The notes beneath the pieces are model-generated. The model was not told the DNA's origin and searched no databases. It was given only the letters and a program-made list of their open reading frames with translations. DNA of 64,000 nucleotides from Eledone cirrhosa (Eukaryota): contig OZ024753.1 in assembly GCA_964016885.1 (NCBI GenBank), forward strand, positions 18,538,001 through 18,602,000, given 5' to 3'. This document shows positions 28,963 through 44,660 of the stretch, one piece after another. The translations under genes and the position numbers were made by a program. Numbering within the stretch: the first letter of the stretch is position 1; every line of letters begins with the position of its first letter.

Positions 28963-30086
28963 TCTACTATATAAATTAGAAGTGGCCGGACGTTGTATAT
29001 GTAGGTTTAGTCGGATAAACTTCGAAACGGCTTGGTGGAATGCAGCGAAAATTCACACAGTTATGCAGAATGACCCGAGGAGGCATTGGGTCGACTTTCA
29101 AGCTACAATCTTCCATGGTTACGGAAAAGATCGATGAAACATGAATGTCCCATTCAAATTGAACTGAGTGTAATCTGTGAACGCAGAAGTAATTATTTCG
29201 AGAAACGTTGCAACCGAACGAAAACAGGAAGACGATATGTTGGTTCGTGAAGTCGTTTCCTGGCAATAAACGGGAAAAAAGCGAGGATAATACGTCGTTA
29301 TGTGGAACGTGAAGAACAATTTCATGCAAAAACAAGACCAAGTATATGGTATAAATGGAGTTGTTAGACTAATATTCTATTTAAAATAACAGAATGATTT
29401 CCAGGCCCGGAGTTGAAGAATGATGTAAATAAAATTGAAAACGAAAATGACAGATGGGATTCTGGGGCATGAGAGTGAGATCCATCATCTCGGCAGTAGT
29501 CGACGAGTGATTATGATGATGATGAAATTAGTAAAAGTAAATAGTGAAGATTTAGGCCAGTACATAAGTATGCCTCAACGGATATACACATACATACGCA
29601 CACACAAATACATACACACACGCAAACACACACACACACGCGCACACACAAACACACACACACACGCACGCACACGAACGCACGCGCGTATGTATAAAAC
29701 TCATGCATTTCTAAAGTATTTTCACCAAACTTAAGACATAGGTTACTTATGTACTCCGGATGGTCATGGCCACTGTTATTTTGCCAGATATTAATTCTAG
29801 GGTCGACTGAAGCACTGCAGTGCATCGCAACAAAACGCCATAACTTCTGGAGTTCGCAACCGATTTTCACAAAACTTGACACATGGGCTACGTTTGTTCC
29901 ACAGATGAATGTGAATTCTCAGAATTGGCACATATTGGGTAGGGGACACCTGGGGGAAGGAATCCCTTTTGGAAAAAGGCGATGATTTTGTAAAAGTATA
30001 GTTTTCGAAGCGGCACTGAAGTATTGACCTAAATGGTATACACAATTGCTATTTAATATCCGAGCAACGCCGGGTACCTCTGCTAG
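28963..30086 (+). mobile_element. Non-autonomous Helitron
   Basis: 5' A|TCTACTATATAAA; 3' GC-rich hairpin CCGAGCAACGCCGGG followed by CTAG|T at 30083-30087; A/T insertion site; internal (CA)n tract. Confidence 0.7.
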
Positions 30087-30111
30087 TATATATATATATA
30101 TATATATTATT

Positions 30112-30188
30112 AGAACAGATTAAAGTTTAAGCAAAGAATCTCTGCTTTCACTCCTAAACGATTCTTTGCTTAAACTTTAATCTGTTCT
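30112..30188. repeat. Perfect 29-bp-arm hairpin made of PLE 3'-end sequence (3' half of an HHR)
   Basis: AGAACAGATTAAAGTTTAAGCAAAGAATC and its reverse complement; the minus strand reads GAAA-GCAGAG att CTTTGC-TT-AAACT, homologous to 36150-36186. Confidence 0.85.
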
Positions 30189-30225
30189 TACAATAAATAT
30201 TTGCTCTACGGTTTTATATATATAT

Positions 30226-30275
<50 letters not shown>

Positions 30276-30575
30276 CCTTATCGAGGCCTCTTCAGATTTT
30301 AGTCTCCCCATTTATTATTACTATATATATATATAACCTACAAGTCATTCGCTCGTTGGCAACATGGTGTCGAACACTTCGTACCTGATACCCTAATTCG
30401 AATCAAAGTTGGAATTCTTATACAGAAAGAGAATTAATTTCTGTTAGTGAAATGGAGATTGGTTATGTTGGGAATTCAATGTTTTTATCGTATAACCTGA
30501 GCAATAAAAATAACATTTACATACTTAGGTTCTTTAAGAATTGCTTTCGTGCAACAAGAGAATATTTCTCATAGT

Positions 30576-30662
<87 letters not shown>

Positions 30663-30690
30663 AGTGTAATTTTCTACACAAAACGAAGGT

Positions 30691-31093
30691 TATAGAGAAA
30701 ATTGAGGTTGGTAATGGCACATGGAATATATAAGAGACAGAATACTTTTTTGTGAAAAAACATAATTTTATAAGGTAAGGAAATAATAAAGGGTATAAAA
30801 AATGACCGGTTTCGATGGGTCTGCAAAAGCCATCTTTTCAAATGTTGATTAATATTAAGAAAAATTAATAATACGAAGAGTTAAAATTTGAGACTTGAAA
30901 ATTCAAGTATAAAATTCATTGTGGGATTTCATAGCAGTTTTCATCTAGGTAGCAACAACAGGTTGACTGCTGTGTCCCTTTCTGGTAGTGAATGAGAAGT
31001 TATTTGGGGTGTGGGTTATTTTATGTGTGTGTGTGTGTGTGTATGTTTGTATGTGTGTATGTATATATATATATGTGTGTATGTATGTGTGGG

Positions 31094-31192
<99 letters not shown>

Positions 31193-31223
31193 GTGTATCT
31201 GGATGTATGTGTATGTATATATA

Positions 31224-31278
<55 letters not shown>

Positions 31279-31347
31279 ATGTGTATATATATGTGTGTGT
31301 GTGTGTATGTGTGTATGTATATGTATGTGTGTGTGTATGTATGTGTG

Positions 31348-31392
<45 letters not shown>

Positions 31393-31816
31393 GTATGTGT
31401 ATGTATGTGTGGATGAAGGTATGTGTGTGTATATTGCTTCCACCCCCTCACTGACCAGCAGCTGGCTATTGCTAAATCTGACCTTTATAAAATAACCCAC
31501 ACCCCAAATAACTTCTCATTCACTACCAGAAAGGGACACAGCAGTCAACCTGTTGTTGCTACCTAGATGAAAACTGCTATGAAATCCCACAATGAATTTT
31601 ATACTTGAATTTTCAAGTCTCAAATTTTAACTCTTCGTATTATTAATTTTTCTTAATATTAATCAACATTTGAAAAGATGGCTTTTGCAGACCCATCGAA
31701 ACCGGTCATTTTTTATACCCTTTATTATTTCCTTACCTTATAAAATTATGTTTTTTCACAAAAAAGTATTCTGTCTCTTATATATTCCATGTGCCATTAC
31801 CAACCTCAATTTTCTC

Positions 31817-31820
<4 letters not shown>
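30691..31820. repeat. 334-bp inverted duplication around a TG/TA microsatellite; each arm has an HHR
   Basis: 30691-31024 is the reverse complement of 31487-31820; no differences spotted by eye. Confidence 0.95.
31665..31712 (+). ncRNA. Type I minimal hammerhead ribozyme, U3-A8 core variant (mirror copy at 30799-30846 on minus)
   Basis: AACAT-TTGAAAA-GATGG cttttgcagac CCATC-GAAA-CCGG-TC-ATTTT: perfect stem II, palindromic CCGG stem III, GUC site; stem I has one mismatch. Confidence 0.72.
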
Positions 31821-31857
<37 letters not shown>

Positions 31858-32287
31858 ATGTGTGTGTGTGTGTGTGTATGTATGTGTATGTATGTGCGTG
31901 TGTGTGTATAAGTGTGTGAAAGGGATCAATGGGTATTTTTAAGTGGCCGGTACAACGCAGGTGGGTTTGAAATAGCAAGACGACAAATCGGTACAGAGGG
32001 AGGTGATGTAGACAGTGAACTGAAAAGAAGGGAATTAAAAGGACAAGAATATCTGGTTAACTTACTAAATTATTAGTCCCAATAATTTCAATTTACTTTC
32101 CATAATCAAAGGGATCTGTAGGGCTGGGAGTGGGGAGTGGGGTGTGCTTGGAATAGTCGAATATCGTCATTCCTGGTCGCCGTTTCGAAATAAACAGCTA
32201 CCAGGAAAGATTATCTCCGATTTCTCCGAGGCTTTACACTACGGATCTCTTTGATAATGGATGTTAAATCCGAAATATTATTGACTA

Positions 32288-32428
32288 GTGGATTGGCAGT
32301 ATCGGTAGAGGGTCGGACGCCATGCTTTCCAACATAGTTACGTCCCTTTACGATCTGAGTTCAAATCCCGCCGAGGTTGACTTTGCCTTTCATCCTTACT
32401 GGGTAGATAAAATAAAGTACCAGTAATG
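32288..32428 (+). mobile_element. tRNA-derived SINE (Meta-domain-like core), 3' truncated
   Basis: A box TGGCAGTATCGG, B box GAGTTCAAATCC, core GCCTTTCATCCTTAC..GATAAAATAAAGTACCAG; multiple copies in this window. Confidence 0.9.
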
Positions 32429-33671
32429 ACTAATAAATTACTAAGGTAACAATTACTTATTTGGGTCCTTTTATTTTCATTCTTTTTCCAGTTTTATAGT
32501 TCTATCTCACCTTAATTACATTCCAACTTGTTGCCTTGGTCTTTCCAACTTTCATTGACCTGCGTCCTAAACAGAAACGCATTTCATTTTCATGTTCTAC
32601 AATACTTCAAGAAACTAGAACCTCCTTTTTAAACATTAGTTAAGGCATATTTTATATATAAACTTGCTTTCAATTTTTGTAAAATTTCCTCAAATATACT
32701 TTCTAATTGGTTTGTTTATTTACTTTCAACGTAATGTTGTATTTAAATATAATGTACAGGTCATTGTATGATAGCAAAATAGATAAGTGCACATATTAAA
32801 TACATTTGGATGTTAGTTAGTTAAGCGTTCATTTAGACTTTGTAGTAAAACTGATTTGACTAATGGTATAATATCTGTAAATTTTCAACAAACTTTGTAT
32901 TAATTGAGATTGCTTCATTCACTAATGTTCGATAAATTAATATAGGAATAATAATCGATTTCTATTTAAAGTAGCAACAATTTCACGCTGATTTCACACT
33001 ACAGAATAAATATTTGGTCAGCACATATATTTTGCTTTTATTGCTGTAGCAAAACATTTACTTAGATATTGTATTGTGTTATATGTTAAGATGATTTGAT
33101 TATAGAAATTAATATAATCAATTGAAAGCATAGTTTAGAGGTGACGATTTTACATTATTGACAAAATAGTAATAACTCAAGTTTCTTTCTTTCCAACAAA
33201 GGGAGGTCAGGTAGATGTTCATATAACCGGATTAAGGAAACCATACTTCTATCGCTATTTCCTTTATTGATAATATTTGTTGTACAATATTCCTGGAGAA
33301 TGAGGTAGTGTTCTTACACAGTTTGTACAGAGCCAGATTGGAAAATGCAAAGTATAACGCTCAACTCTAACAAATTTCGCAAATCCCAAGAGTATGCACT
33401 GATAGGTTATTTAGTGTCCTCATCGATATTTAAACTAAGGTCGCAAATAGACAGATCAAAAGACACTGACGTTATATTTACACATCGAACTCGACGCCTC
33501 TTAAACAAAACATCAGTATGACTAACACCCAGAAATTTAAGAAGTCTGTCTACAATGTGCAGCATTAAAATAATATATATATCATGCTACTGAATGTCTC
33601 CTGTGTTTTTGTTCCTTCTGGATCTTTCTTATACACATATATATATATACACACACATATATTTTTGCGTT

Positions 33672-34042
33672 TTACGCTCTAAATTTTTCTTGACTTCAAT
33701 CCAGCATTCATACTGAATATCACACGTGCACCACAAAGTTCAAATTTCAACTAATATAAACTACATTTACTACTGTATACAGCACACAGCTTATTATTCT
33801 AAAGACTTTATTACAACACCGAGTATATATATAATCATATATGTACAATATTCGGCTGTTTTCAGTATTCAGCAGTAAATGTAGTTAATATTAGTTGGAA
33901 TTTAAACTTTGTTTTATACGTGTGATATTCTGTATGAATGCTGTATTTTGTCACAGGTCCATACATAATTATTTTGTTGTCATTCTTGTGAGTTTATAAT
34001 ACACGCATCCACTGGATTGAAGTCATGAACATTTCGAGCGTA
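33672..34042. repeat. Old, diverged inverted repeat
   Basis: 33702-33783 pairs imperfectly with 33855-33944, and TTACGCTC..TGACTTCAATCCAG (33671-33704) pairs with 34012-34042. Confidence 0.7.
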
Positions 34043-34556
34043 TGTTTTCATTGAATGGAAACGAGGCAAATCACCAACAAATGTTACTGCACAATTGGTG
34101 GAGATTTGAATTAACAACGTTCCAGCAAATCCAACCATTTATCACTGGGTGAAAGAATTCAAATAATGCAGTAGATCATCACTTATTGATGCTCTTCCAT
34201 CTGGCCGTCCTTGCACAACAACTATTCATGCACAACAACTATTCATGCCAACGTTCAATCATTCAATGTACTGGTGCAGAACAAAAATAATGATTGCGTT
34301 GCATTATACATGATACTAGAATAAACAAAGAAAAGGAATAAACGAAGACAATTTGTTTTCGCTTCATTAGAAGAGGTGGTGGATGAATCGTTGTACAGAT
34401 GTTATTTCATTCGATGTAGATTATGTTTTGCAGAATAAATAAATTTTAGTTTCAATATGCTGTGCATTTTCAGTCTTAGAGTTATTCTACGGACTTTATT
34501 GCCATGCAAATTACATAAGGTTGTGGTAATAAAGCCCTTGTTTTCTATAACATTTA

Positions 34557-34672
<116 letters not shown>

Positions 34673-34699
34673 ATAATAATACATTTCAAGACTAAAATC

Positions 34700-36197
34700 C
34701 AAAGAGGGCTGGATAAGGATCAATATATATCAAATATATAAGAACCATAGAGAGATTCAAGCAGCGTCTTTACATGCATGCCCATTCTTTTTTTAACCCT
34801 TTAAGAAAGAATATGACAACACTTTCACCTTATATCTGGAGTCTAAAAGATAATGACACCCAATATAGGTTACACTGGGAGATCCTAGCAAGGGCTAGAT
34901 CGTATAACGGAAATGAAAGACCATTTGACCTCTGCACTGCTGAAACGCTGGAAATAATCTACGCCAAAGACCACATCTTAAACAAAAAATCTGAGACAAT
35001 TTCGGCTTGTAAACATAAGTTGCACGAAACTTTCCTGTTTTATAGCCCCACATTATACCCAAACGGATAGTACGAACAATACGCGGATAATTTACGTCTT
35101 GGCGTGGTAGCTAAGTATATTTTATGTTTATACCATTACTTATTTGTATAGGTCAGTATATATTACCTGTATATTTTATGAAGGTACGTATACTTTCTCG
35201 TACGTATATTTGCTTGTATTTGTTATAGGCGTATATATAATATTATATATACTGGGACATGTGTATATGGTTATGTGTATACATGAGTTTTGCGTTTGTG
35301 TGTGTATGCGGGTTTGCACGTATGTAGGGTGTGTGTATGTGTGTACTTTGTGGCTTGGTTGACGTACTTTAACGAACACATGTGTATTTGCATGTAGGTG
35401 CGTGTGTGCGCGCGTTATATACGTATTTATGTGTGAATATTTATATACGTTTATATAATTATATGTATACACGCACACACACACACGCATATATATGTAT
35501 ATATTTTTACATATGTTTTATGTGTATTTGGTGTATACGTTCGTATGTGTGCGGGTACTGCCGTTGCATTGCTTTTTATACGTGTGCGCGGGTTTTTGTG
35601 TACGTGCCTGTATTTGCATACCCATGCCGAGTGTTTTCGTGTATGCTTGTGTATGTACGTATATGGATGCGTGTATATTTATATTTAATTATTGTTGATT
35701 TCAATAACCTCTGTAATTTATTTACATTATTCTTAACTCTGAAGCCTAGAATCATTCGGTTTCCTAAATAGAATTTTAGTCTACGACTTCAGTTATACCA
35801 TTTACGTGGTTTTGTCTTTGCGTGTAATTGTTCTCACCGATCCACATAATGACGTATTATCTTCGTTTTTACCGTTCATTGCCAGAGAACGTCTCAACGA
35901 ACCACCTAATAGAATATTAGTCTACGGCTTCGTTTATACCATAAACGTGTTTTTTTCTTTGCGTGTAAATCTTTTCACCGCCCCAAATAATGACGTATTA
36001 TCTTCGTTTTTTTTTCGTTTTTTGCCAGGGAACGTCTCCACGAACAACAGTATCGTCTTCCCGTCTTCCTTCGGTTGCAACGTTTTTCGAAATATTTACT
36101 TCTGCGTTCACAGATTGATTTTTTTTAGTTTCACAAGATCCCGTTAAGGGTGAAAGCAGCGACTCTTTGCTTAAACTTTAATCTGTTATTTTAATAA
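34700..36197 (+). mobile_element. Naiad-type PLE 3' fragment (endonuclease plus 3' UTR)
   Basis: FKQRLYMHAHSF..TTLSPYIWSLK..YRLHWEILARARSY..DLCTAETLEII..ILNKKSETISACKHK (ORF 34774-35070); UTR has a tandem duplication of about 140 bp (35764-36047), an HHR relic and AATAAA; TA tracts on both sides. Confidence 0.85.
36127..36177 (+). ncRNA. Degenerate hammerhead ribozyme at Naiad 3' end
   Basis: AGTTT-CACAAGA-tCCC gttaa GGGt-GAAA-GCA gcgactctt TGC-TT-AAACT; the core differs from CUGAAGA at two positions. Confidence 0.5.
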
Positions 36198-36666
36198 ATA
36201 TATATATATATATATTTGGGTGTGTATGATGCAATATGTACATGACAGTGATTAAATATATAATATATGTAATATAAAATATATTTCTCAGTTCAATTTA
36301 CTTGAAAATTATTTAAGCTATGTAGGAAAGATATAAGAAAATGATATGTTTAAATATTCGTTTTCCTTGAAGAAAGAAAAAAGCCAACCATTCGATGGAT
36401 TCAGGCACATCTCTTCTTTCTTATGTAATAATTTCGAAAAGCCTTTTTTTTAATCTTACATTTCTTTTCCTGCTGAATATTTCGAAAATATCAAATTATT
36501 ATTTTGTTGAATAGTATTTACATTTAAAGAAACATATCAGAAAATATAAATAGAAATATGTTGTTTTCAAATTGATAAACTGTAGAAAATATGCATGAGA
36601 ATCAAACAGTTGATAACATACTTTAAATGGAGGCATTCCGAATATATTTAGGCTATATGTATATAC

Positions 36667-38500
<1,834 letters not shown>

Positions 38501-38816
38501 TGCGTGTGTGCGTGTGTTTCTGGAGTTTGTGTTATGCGTGTTCGTGTGCGCTTTGCGGAGGCTCTCATCTATATATTCTACTCTATCTAAGTGGCCTGCC
38601 TTGACTAGTGCGATATTGTAGTATCCTGCATGTTCTTCGAATATTTGTCGCTTTGCAAATTGAAAATAGCAGTCCGCTTTTCCCTGCTTGCAAGGTTGGG
38701 ACGGATCTTATAACACACAGCAACTTCATTCGTCATATATATATAGTTAGGTAGATTTATATATGTGTGTGTGTATGTGTGTGTGTATGTGTATGTGTGT
38801 GTATGTATGTGTGTGT

Positions 38817-38895
<79 letters not shown>

Positions 38896-40785
38896 TGTAT
38901 GTGTGTGTGTGTGGGGGGGGGGGTGCATGTGCGTATGCGTTTGTGGGTGTATAAAAGACTGTATTATTTGTAGAAAACATGATCTATGTAAAACAAGTTA
39001 GCAATGATAAATAACATGTATCTAACAACATTGTAAGTTCCTTTCATCTATTCAATATCTGTTGAATTCCATGCATGAAAGAAATTTGCAAGAAAGATTA
39101 TTCCTAGTAAAAGCCACAGAAATACAGTTGAAACAAACTGATTATAGTTAGCAAAACTTTCAACAAGCATATGGCAGTTAACCATATTTAGTTAACCGCA
39201 GCGCCGTCGTTGAGAAATCAGAAATTACAATAGCAATCCAGCAATGAATTATCAGATATTTAAAGGACAACCGGTTCATCAAGATGAATTGTAATTTAAA
39301 AGCTAACAAGGTAGTATGTGGTAAAGCCTTAGGAAACATGTGTCAGAACATTATGTGAGACATTCCAAACAGATATAATGTATATACTGGTTAACCATTA
39401 TACAGTGAAATAGGTAATGTATTTATGTTAGAAGATTAGGGAACTATAGAATACATATATTATAAGGCTTCATACTTGACAGTATTAATCAGAGTTGCCG
39501 GACTTCATAATTCGAAACTATCATATGAAACATTTCCTACGGGTGCTTTCTGCATAAGGAATATCGATTTAGTAGGGACAATAATCAATATTTTTTATGA
39601 AATAATGTTCTACCTTTAATGAAAATATATTCAGAATATGAATTAATCATAATTCTCATAAAAGTCATGTATGACTACAAAATTCAGTAATATATAAATT
39701 GGGTCAGATATTGAACACTGATCATCATCATCCTTTACGTTGGTTCAAGCTCACACTGGAACCTGACATTAAAATATCTTTGAGAATACATTGATGGTAG
39801 ACAAAATAGTCTTGAAGAGATTCTCATGAGTGGTTTGCCTTAAAAAGTCATAAAGCTACGATGTTGCTAAACATAATCATAATATAATAAAGGGAGGAGT
39901 GCGGGACTCCATCTAGATTATTTGTTTTTAACCCCGTTTGAAAAATAATTTGGATTACTTTGAATAAATAATGAATGAATATTACATAATTTATCTACTA
40001 AATTTCGTAACTCTTGATTAAATATAAATAGTTTTATTACTTATTTTAAGATTCACTTCTTTAAACATTTCAAATATCACCACTTCCGGTTAGCGTCCGT
40101 TATATTATAACACTTATCACATCGCTTATATAAGCATTCATATATTTCCGTCGCTAATGTTCTCCTAATGCAGTTTATATATAATATCATCTTTTTTAAA
40201 TGCATCATGGATTACGTTACTGATTACATAATACAGTGTAACACAGTCTTCGTTCAATTTCTGTGTATATTGTCAATTACGATTTTATTTGACATATCAT
40301 ATCTACATCTATGTGGCTATATACACACTACACATGCTAGCAGAAAACCCCACGAAACGTGGTTTTTCTGCTAGTTAAATATAATGAGATAAATCCTAAA
40401 TGTTCACATAGATGGTTGATAATTATCATGTGTGGTTGATAATTAGCATGAAAGATTTGGGATGTGACTTTATGTTCAAAGGGCATAAGTATAAGCCATA
40501 TTTCTATGTTGTATATGTGTATAAATGTATGTATATATATAAGTAATTTGAGTTTTTCGAATGTCACTGATAACATTCGATTCGTTTGCAAGTATGCAAA
40601 CAAGCCTCAATTTTATAGCCATGTCAGTAGAATGAACCCTTCATTCTTGCTCTTGTGTTGGCATGCGAACAGAACTTCAGACACTAATGTTTCTAAGTAT
40701 CACCCCTCATCAGTACAGCTCACTGTTCACCTGGCAACTGTCAGAGCTAGTGAAAATATATGCTATTTTCAAAAATACACAGTGA

Positions 40786-40884
40786 CTGATCACCCTGATT
40801 TGCATATTAGCAGACTGGCTGATCAGTCAGATCTGCATATTAGCATATCCACTGATCAGCCAGATTTGCATATCAGCAGACTGG
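40786..40884. repeat. 3 x 33-bp tandem repeat containing octamer ATTTGCAT
   Basis: Units CTGATCAGCCAGATTTGCATATTAGCAGACTGG start at 40786, 40819 and 40852. Confidence 0.9.
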
Positions 40885-41014
40885 CCAGTAAGTTTCCTGT
40901 ATACGAGCGATAAATGGCCGGCTTTGCCAAATTCAAATAAAAAAGACAAAAGAAAATGTCGCTCTACATTTGAAAATAGCATATATTTTTATTAGCTCTG
41001 ACAGTTTTGGTGGT

Positions 41015-41076
41015 GAACAGTGAGCTGTACTGATGAAGGGCAATACCCAGAAACATTAGTGTCTGCAGTTCTGTTC
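41015..41076 (+). ncRNA. Type I hammerhead ribozyme with extended bulged stem I (mirror copy at 40667-40728 on minus)
   Basis: GAACAG tg AGCTGTA-CTGATGA-aGGG caata CCCa-GAAA-CATTAGTG-TC-TGCAGTT CTGTTC; canonical core, GUC site. Confidence 0.88.
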
Positions 41077-41331
41077 GCATGCCAATACAAGAGCAAGAAT
41101 GAAGGGATCATTCTACTGACATGGCTATAAAATTGAGGCTTGTTTGCATAATTGCAAACGAATCGAATGTTATTATTATTAATAATCGAAAAACTCAGAT
41201 TACATTTATTGTATTCAGCCATGTAGAGCAACATTTTCTTTCTTCTTTTATATATATATGAATACTCACACACAACCATACTGACGCGCGCATACACACA
41301 CATGTACATATATATATATATATACACATAT

Positions 41332-41441
<110 letters not shown>

Positions 41442-42890
41442 CTATTGCTTCAAATAATTAACCAGAAAGGTGGAGGAAGTTAACCAGCGAGGCCAAATCT
41501 AAATTATAAGAATGCCATCCCAATTCATTATTGTGATTGACAAACTCCTGAACTTGATATTGAATAATCGGCAGAGTGACGGACAGAATAAATTAACTCA
41601 TTTACGTTCTGATTTGAAACCTAATCACATTTAAATATAACTCACTCTCATCTGGAATGAAATAAACAAGGACCAATCATCTACTGGAAACTAATTCAAT
41701 GAATATCGACTCCCTCCACACGTGTAACTGATCACCACTTTAGATATCAATTTATTATAATACAAATAATTAATATAACCTTCCGAAATTGGATAGCCGC
41801 AAGGCAAGTATACATTTCAGCAAGGGCCACTTTGCTAAATAGCTTTATATTAATTCTCTAATATATATTTCCATCATTACATATTATAATTCCCGAAATT
41901 TTCTAACGTCGTTAAATAAACTTCAATTTCAAATTAATATTCAATATGTTGATTACGAAAAATATCAGATTATTTCAGGTAAATATTTATTAACCTTGAA
42001 ATATTCCCTTTCATAATAATTGCTATACAGCAAGTTGCTTTGCCGACATCTTTCCATGAATCGTACATATTCCATGGTTTATAACTATGGAAGGAATATT
42101 TTATCTCAACAGTGGTATGTTATTAGTTCTATATGATCTTCGACGAAATGGCGTCTTGGTATCAACGAACTGACGAAAATATATCTGACAGATTCTGGAG
42201 AGTGGGATGGGTTCATGTATGCTTTTTATTTACATATTATTGATTCTAGAAAACAAATGATTTAAAACATTCTTCATTGATATGGAGCACGAACCAAGAG
42301 AGTTATGAAAAAAACAAAACGCAATACGAACAATATGTGAACTCAGAACATAGAAAATATTACATACCACACAACAGCATCTTTACAGATTGATTACGTA
42401 ATGAAGGATATTAATCAATTGATTTTGTTTCATTTTCAATATATGGAATTTCAGCACAATATATATTCAAATATACCCTGTATCTATTGAGAGGGTTATA
42501 AAAAAGAGTTAAATGTTTTACATATATTTAGATAATACTTACGTGTTAATACGATTATATTGACATATTTCCTATTGTTTATTTCTATTAATTAGAAACA
42601 CAAAATATCAATTTTACTAAAGAAAATATATGTATTGTCATTGGGAAATATGTATGTTATCACTGAATTTCCATTTTGTTTTCTATTTTCTATTGCAGAA
42701 AATTCATTCGATTTACTTCTTCAATGACATTATGAACAGTACCGTGTGTGCAGCTATGTCCATTGGGAGAAAACAGATATTGCGTCCTAGACAGCTAATC
42801 AATTTGCAGCAATAAAAATATGGTCTATAATGCAAATTAGGAAACTATAAAATTAGATACTATAAAGAATGGTGTGCCCATGCGCGGGGC

Positions 42891-43025
42891 TGCTATAGAA
42901 TAGCTTATACATGAAGGAGATGACCCATTAAAGGCGGAAAAAGAGTTGCAATAGTGGGCCACGGCTACTTCTTTTTACCGTCTTTAAGGGATCTTTACCC
43001 TATTTTATAAGGTATATTATAGCAT
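42891..43025. repeat. Imperfect hairpin / MITE-like relic
   Basis: TGCTATAGAATAGCTTATA..TTAAAGGCGGAAAAAGA pairs imperfectly with TCTTTTTACCGTCTTTAA..TATAAGGTATATTATAGCA. Confidence 0.55.
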
Positions 43026-43776
43026 CATACCTGTCTAGGTGATAACATTTGTGTCCTCAACTTTCCTATCTTTAGATGTTAACATATTTAGTAATTGTAG
43101 ATATTAAAACAATGTGTAGTATTTTATCTAGGATATCATAAAGTTTAGATGGAAGATGGCTTCCGGAGACCTTGAATGAAATTGCTAATATAATAGTTGT
43201 GACATTATTCCAATTAACCATATAAAGTCATGTCACTTCAAATGTCTGGAATGTTTTTTTAGTAAATTCTTGTAAGTCATATAGTTCAAGTTTCCAACTT
43301 TAAAGTTAATTAAGACTGAGGAAGACAATATAAGACAGGAATAGAGAGAAACAAACTGTTATACTGGAAGGGGTTAAGTAGGTATATTGTTATGATGAGA
43401 AATAGATAGCGCAAGAGCCTTAACAGCTTGGTGTATGGAGCTTGCATCTGTCGTATTACAAACAAAATTATGAAGAACGTTTTTGAATTTAGGCGACGTT
43501 TTGAGAATGGTACTTGACAGCCCTAAATTGTATGGAAGGAAATAATAGAATAACAATGGAACTGCGTCGAGTGGGATACAGATAAGATCGGCCTAACATT
43601 TTATACCAATTAAATATATAATCACTGAAGATATATTAAACTGAAATTCAATACATTATTCTACATAACTTGACAATGGATGTATGCCTTCATATATATA
43701 TTGGACAGCTTAACTTTTCTTGACCACACTATCACAATCTCTCCACTTACACCACACGACAAGCATCTTAGGACAC

Positions 43777-43831
43777 GCCCCTGATGAGTGCGCATATTCA
43801 CAGCATGTGTGTAACAACTTGTAAGTTAGGC
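43777..43831 (+). ncRNA. Degenerate hammerhead ribozyme
   Basis: GCCC-CTGATGA-GTGCGCATAT..ATGTGTGTAAC-(GA missing)AA-CTTGTAAG-TT-AGGC; the GAAA box is damaged. Confidence 0.5.
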
Positions 43832-44539
43832 AGTAGTGATGAAATTAGCATATGATCTATTTCTACAGTGTAAATATTAAACGTTCTTTGTTTTTTTATG
43901 TGGCATTCGTAAGGTTATTTCTTCAACTTAAAAAAAACAAACAAACATTGGTTTATTCAAAAACAAGAAAACAAGAACCTAAACCATATTGTACTTCGAA
44001 TAAAGGGAAATAATTCATGAAATTTACCTCTCTTGCTTATGGAGTTTGTGAAATATAACAATTTAAAATGAATGACATTTTACATGTATATATAGGGAAA
44101 CATTTATATATACATACAAATACATATATTTATAGAGGTTCATTGACACACCTGCATATGTATACACACATATACGTATGCATATTCACACACACCTATA
44201 TACCTATATACTCACTGGTGCCTATAGATAGACATATACACACATATATACCTATATATACAGCTATATTAATAACCACATAAAATATATATGCTCCCAT
44301 ACCTAGACACATACACAAACCTATATAGACCCGAATATATAGAATTGTAGTTCTTTCCTCTTTCAAAATAATTACCAGTATATGCATTTAGTTGTTATTA
44401 AAAGGAGAGTGAAAGCTAATCCTCCGTACAATTTTACTTATCACTTGACTATTTACAAAAAAGATATATTTTGAATTGTCTTTTCTTAAAATGTATACAC
44501 GTTCGCTTAGTTGGATTGTCCTTAGTTTCGGTTTCAGTA

Positions 44540-44640
44540 TCAATTGTTTGTCGATCACAGACAGAGTTACTGGTCTTACCAATATAATACACTTTGCAGT
44601 CGAAACTGTTATATACATTATCGGTGTGTTGAATAGAAGA
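44540..44640 (-). pseudogene. Possible Penelope GIY-YIG relic
   Basis: TDNVYNSFDCKVYYIGKTSNSVCDR resembles the VY..C..YIG.T...R signature; short. Confidence 0.4.
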
Positions 44641-44660
44641 TGACGAAGAAAACATCAATA

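Larger units (their letters stand above)
40547..41199. mobile_element. Inverted-repeat PLE-like remnant; each arm has an HHR
   Basis: 40547-40773 is a diverged reverse complement of 40969-41199. Confidence 0.85.
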
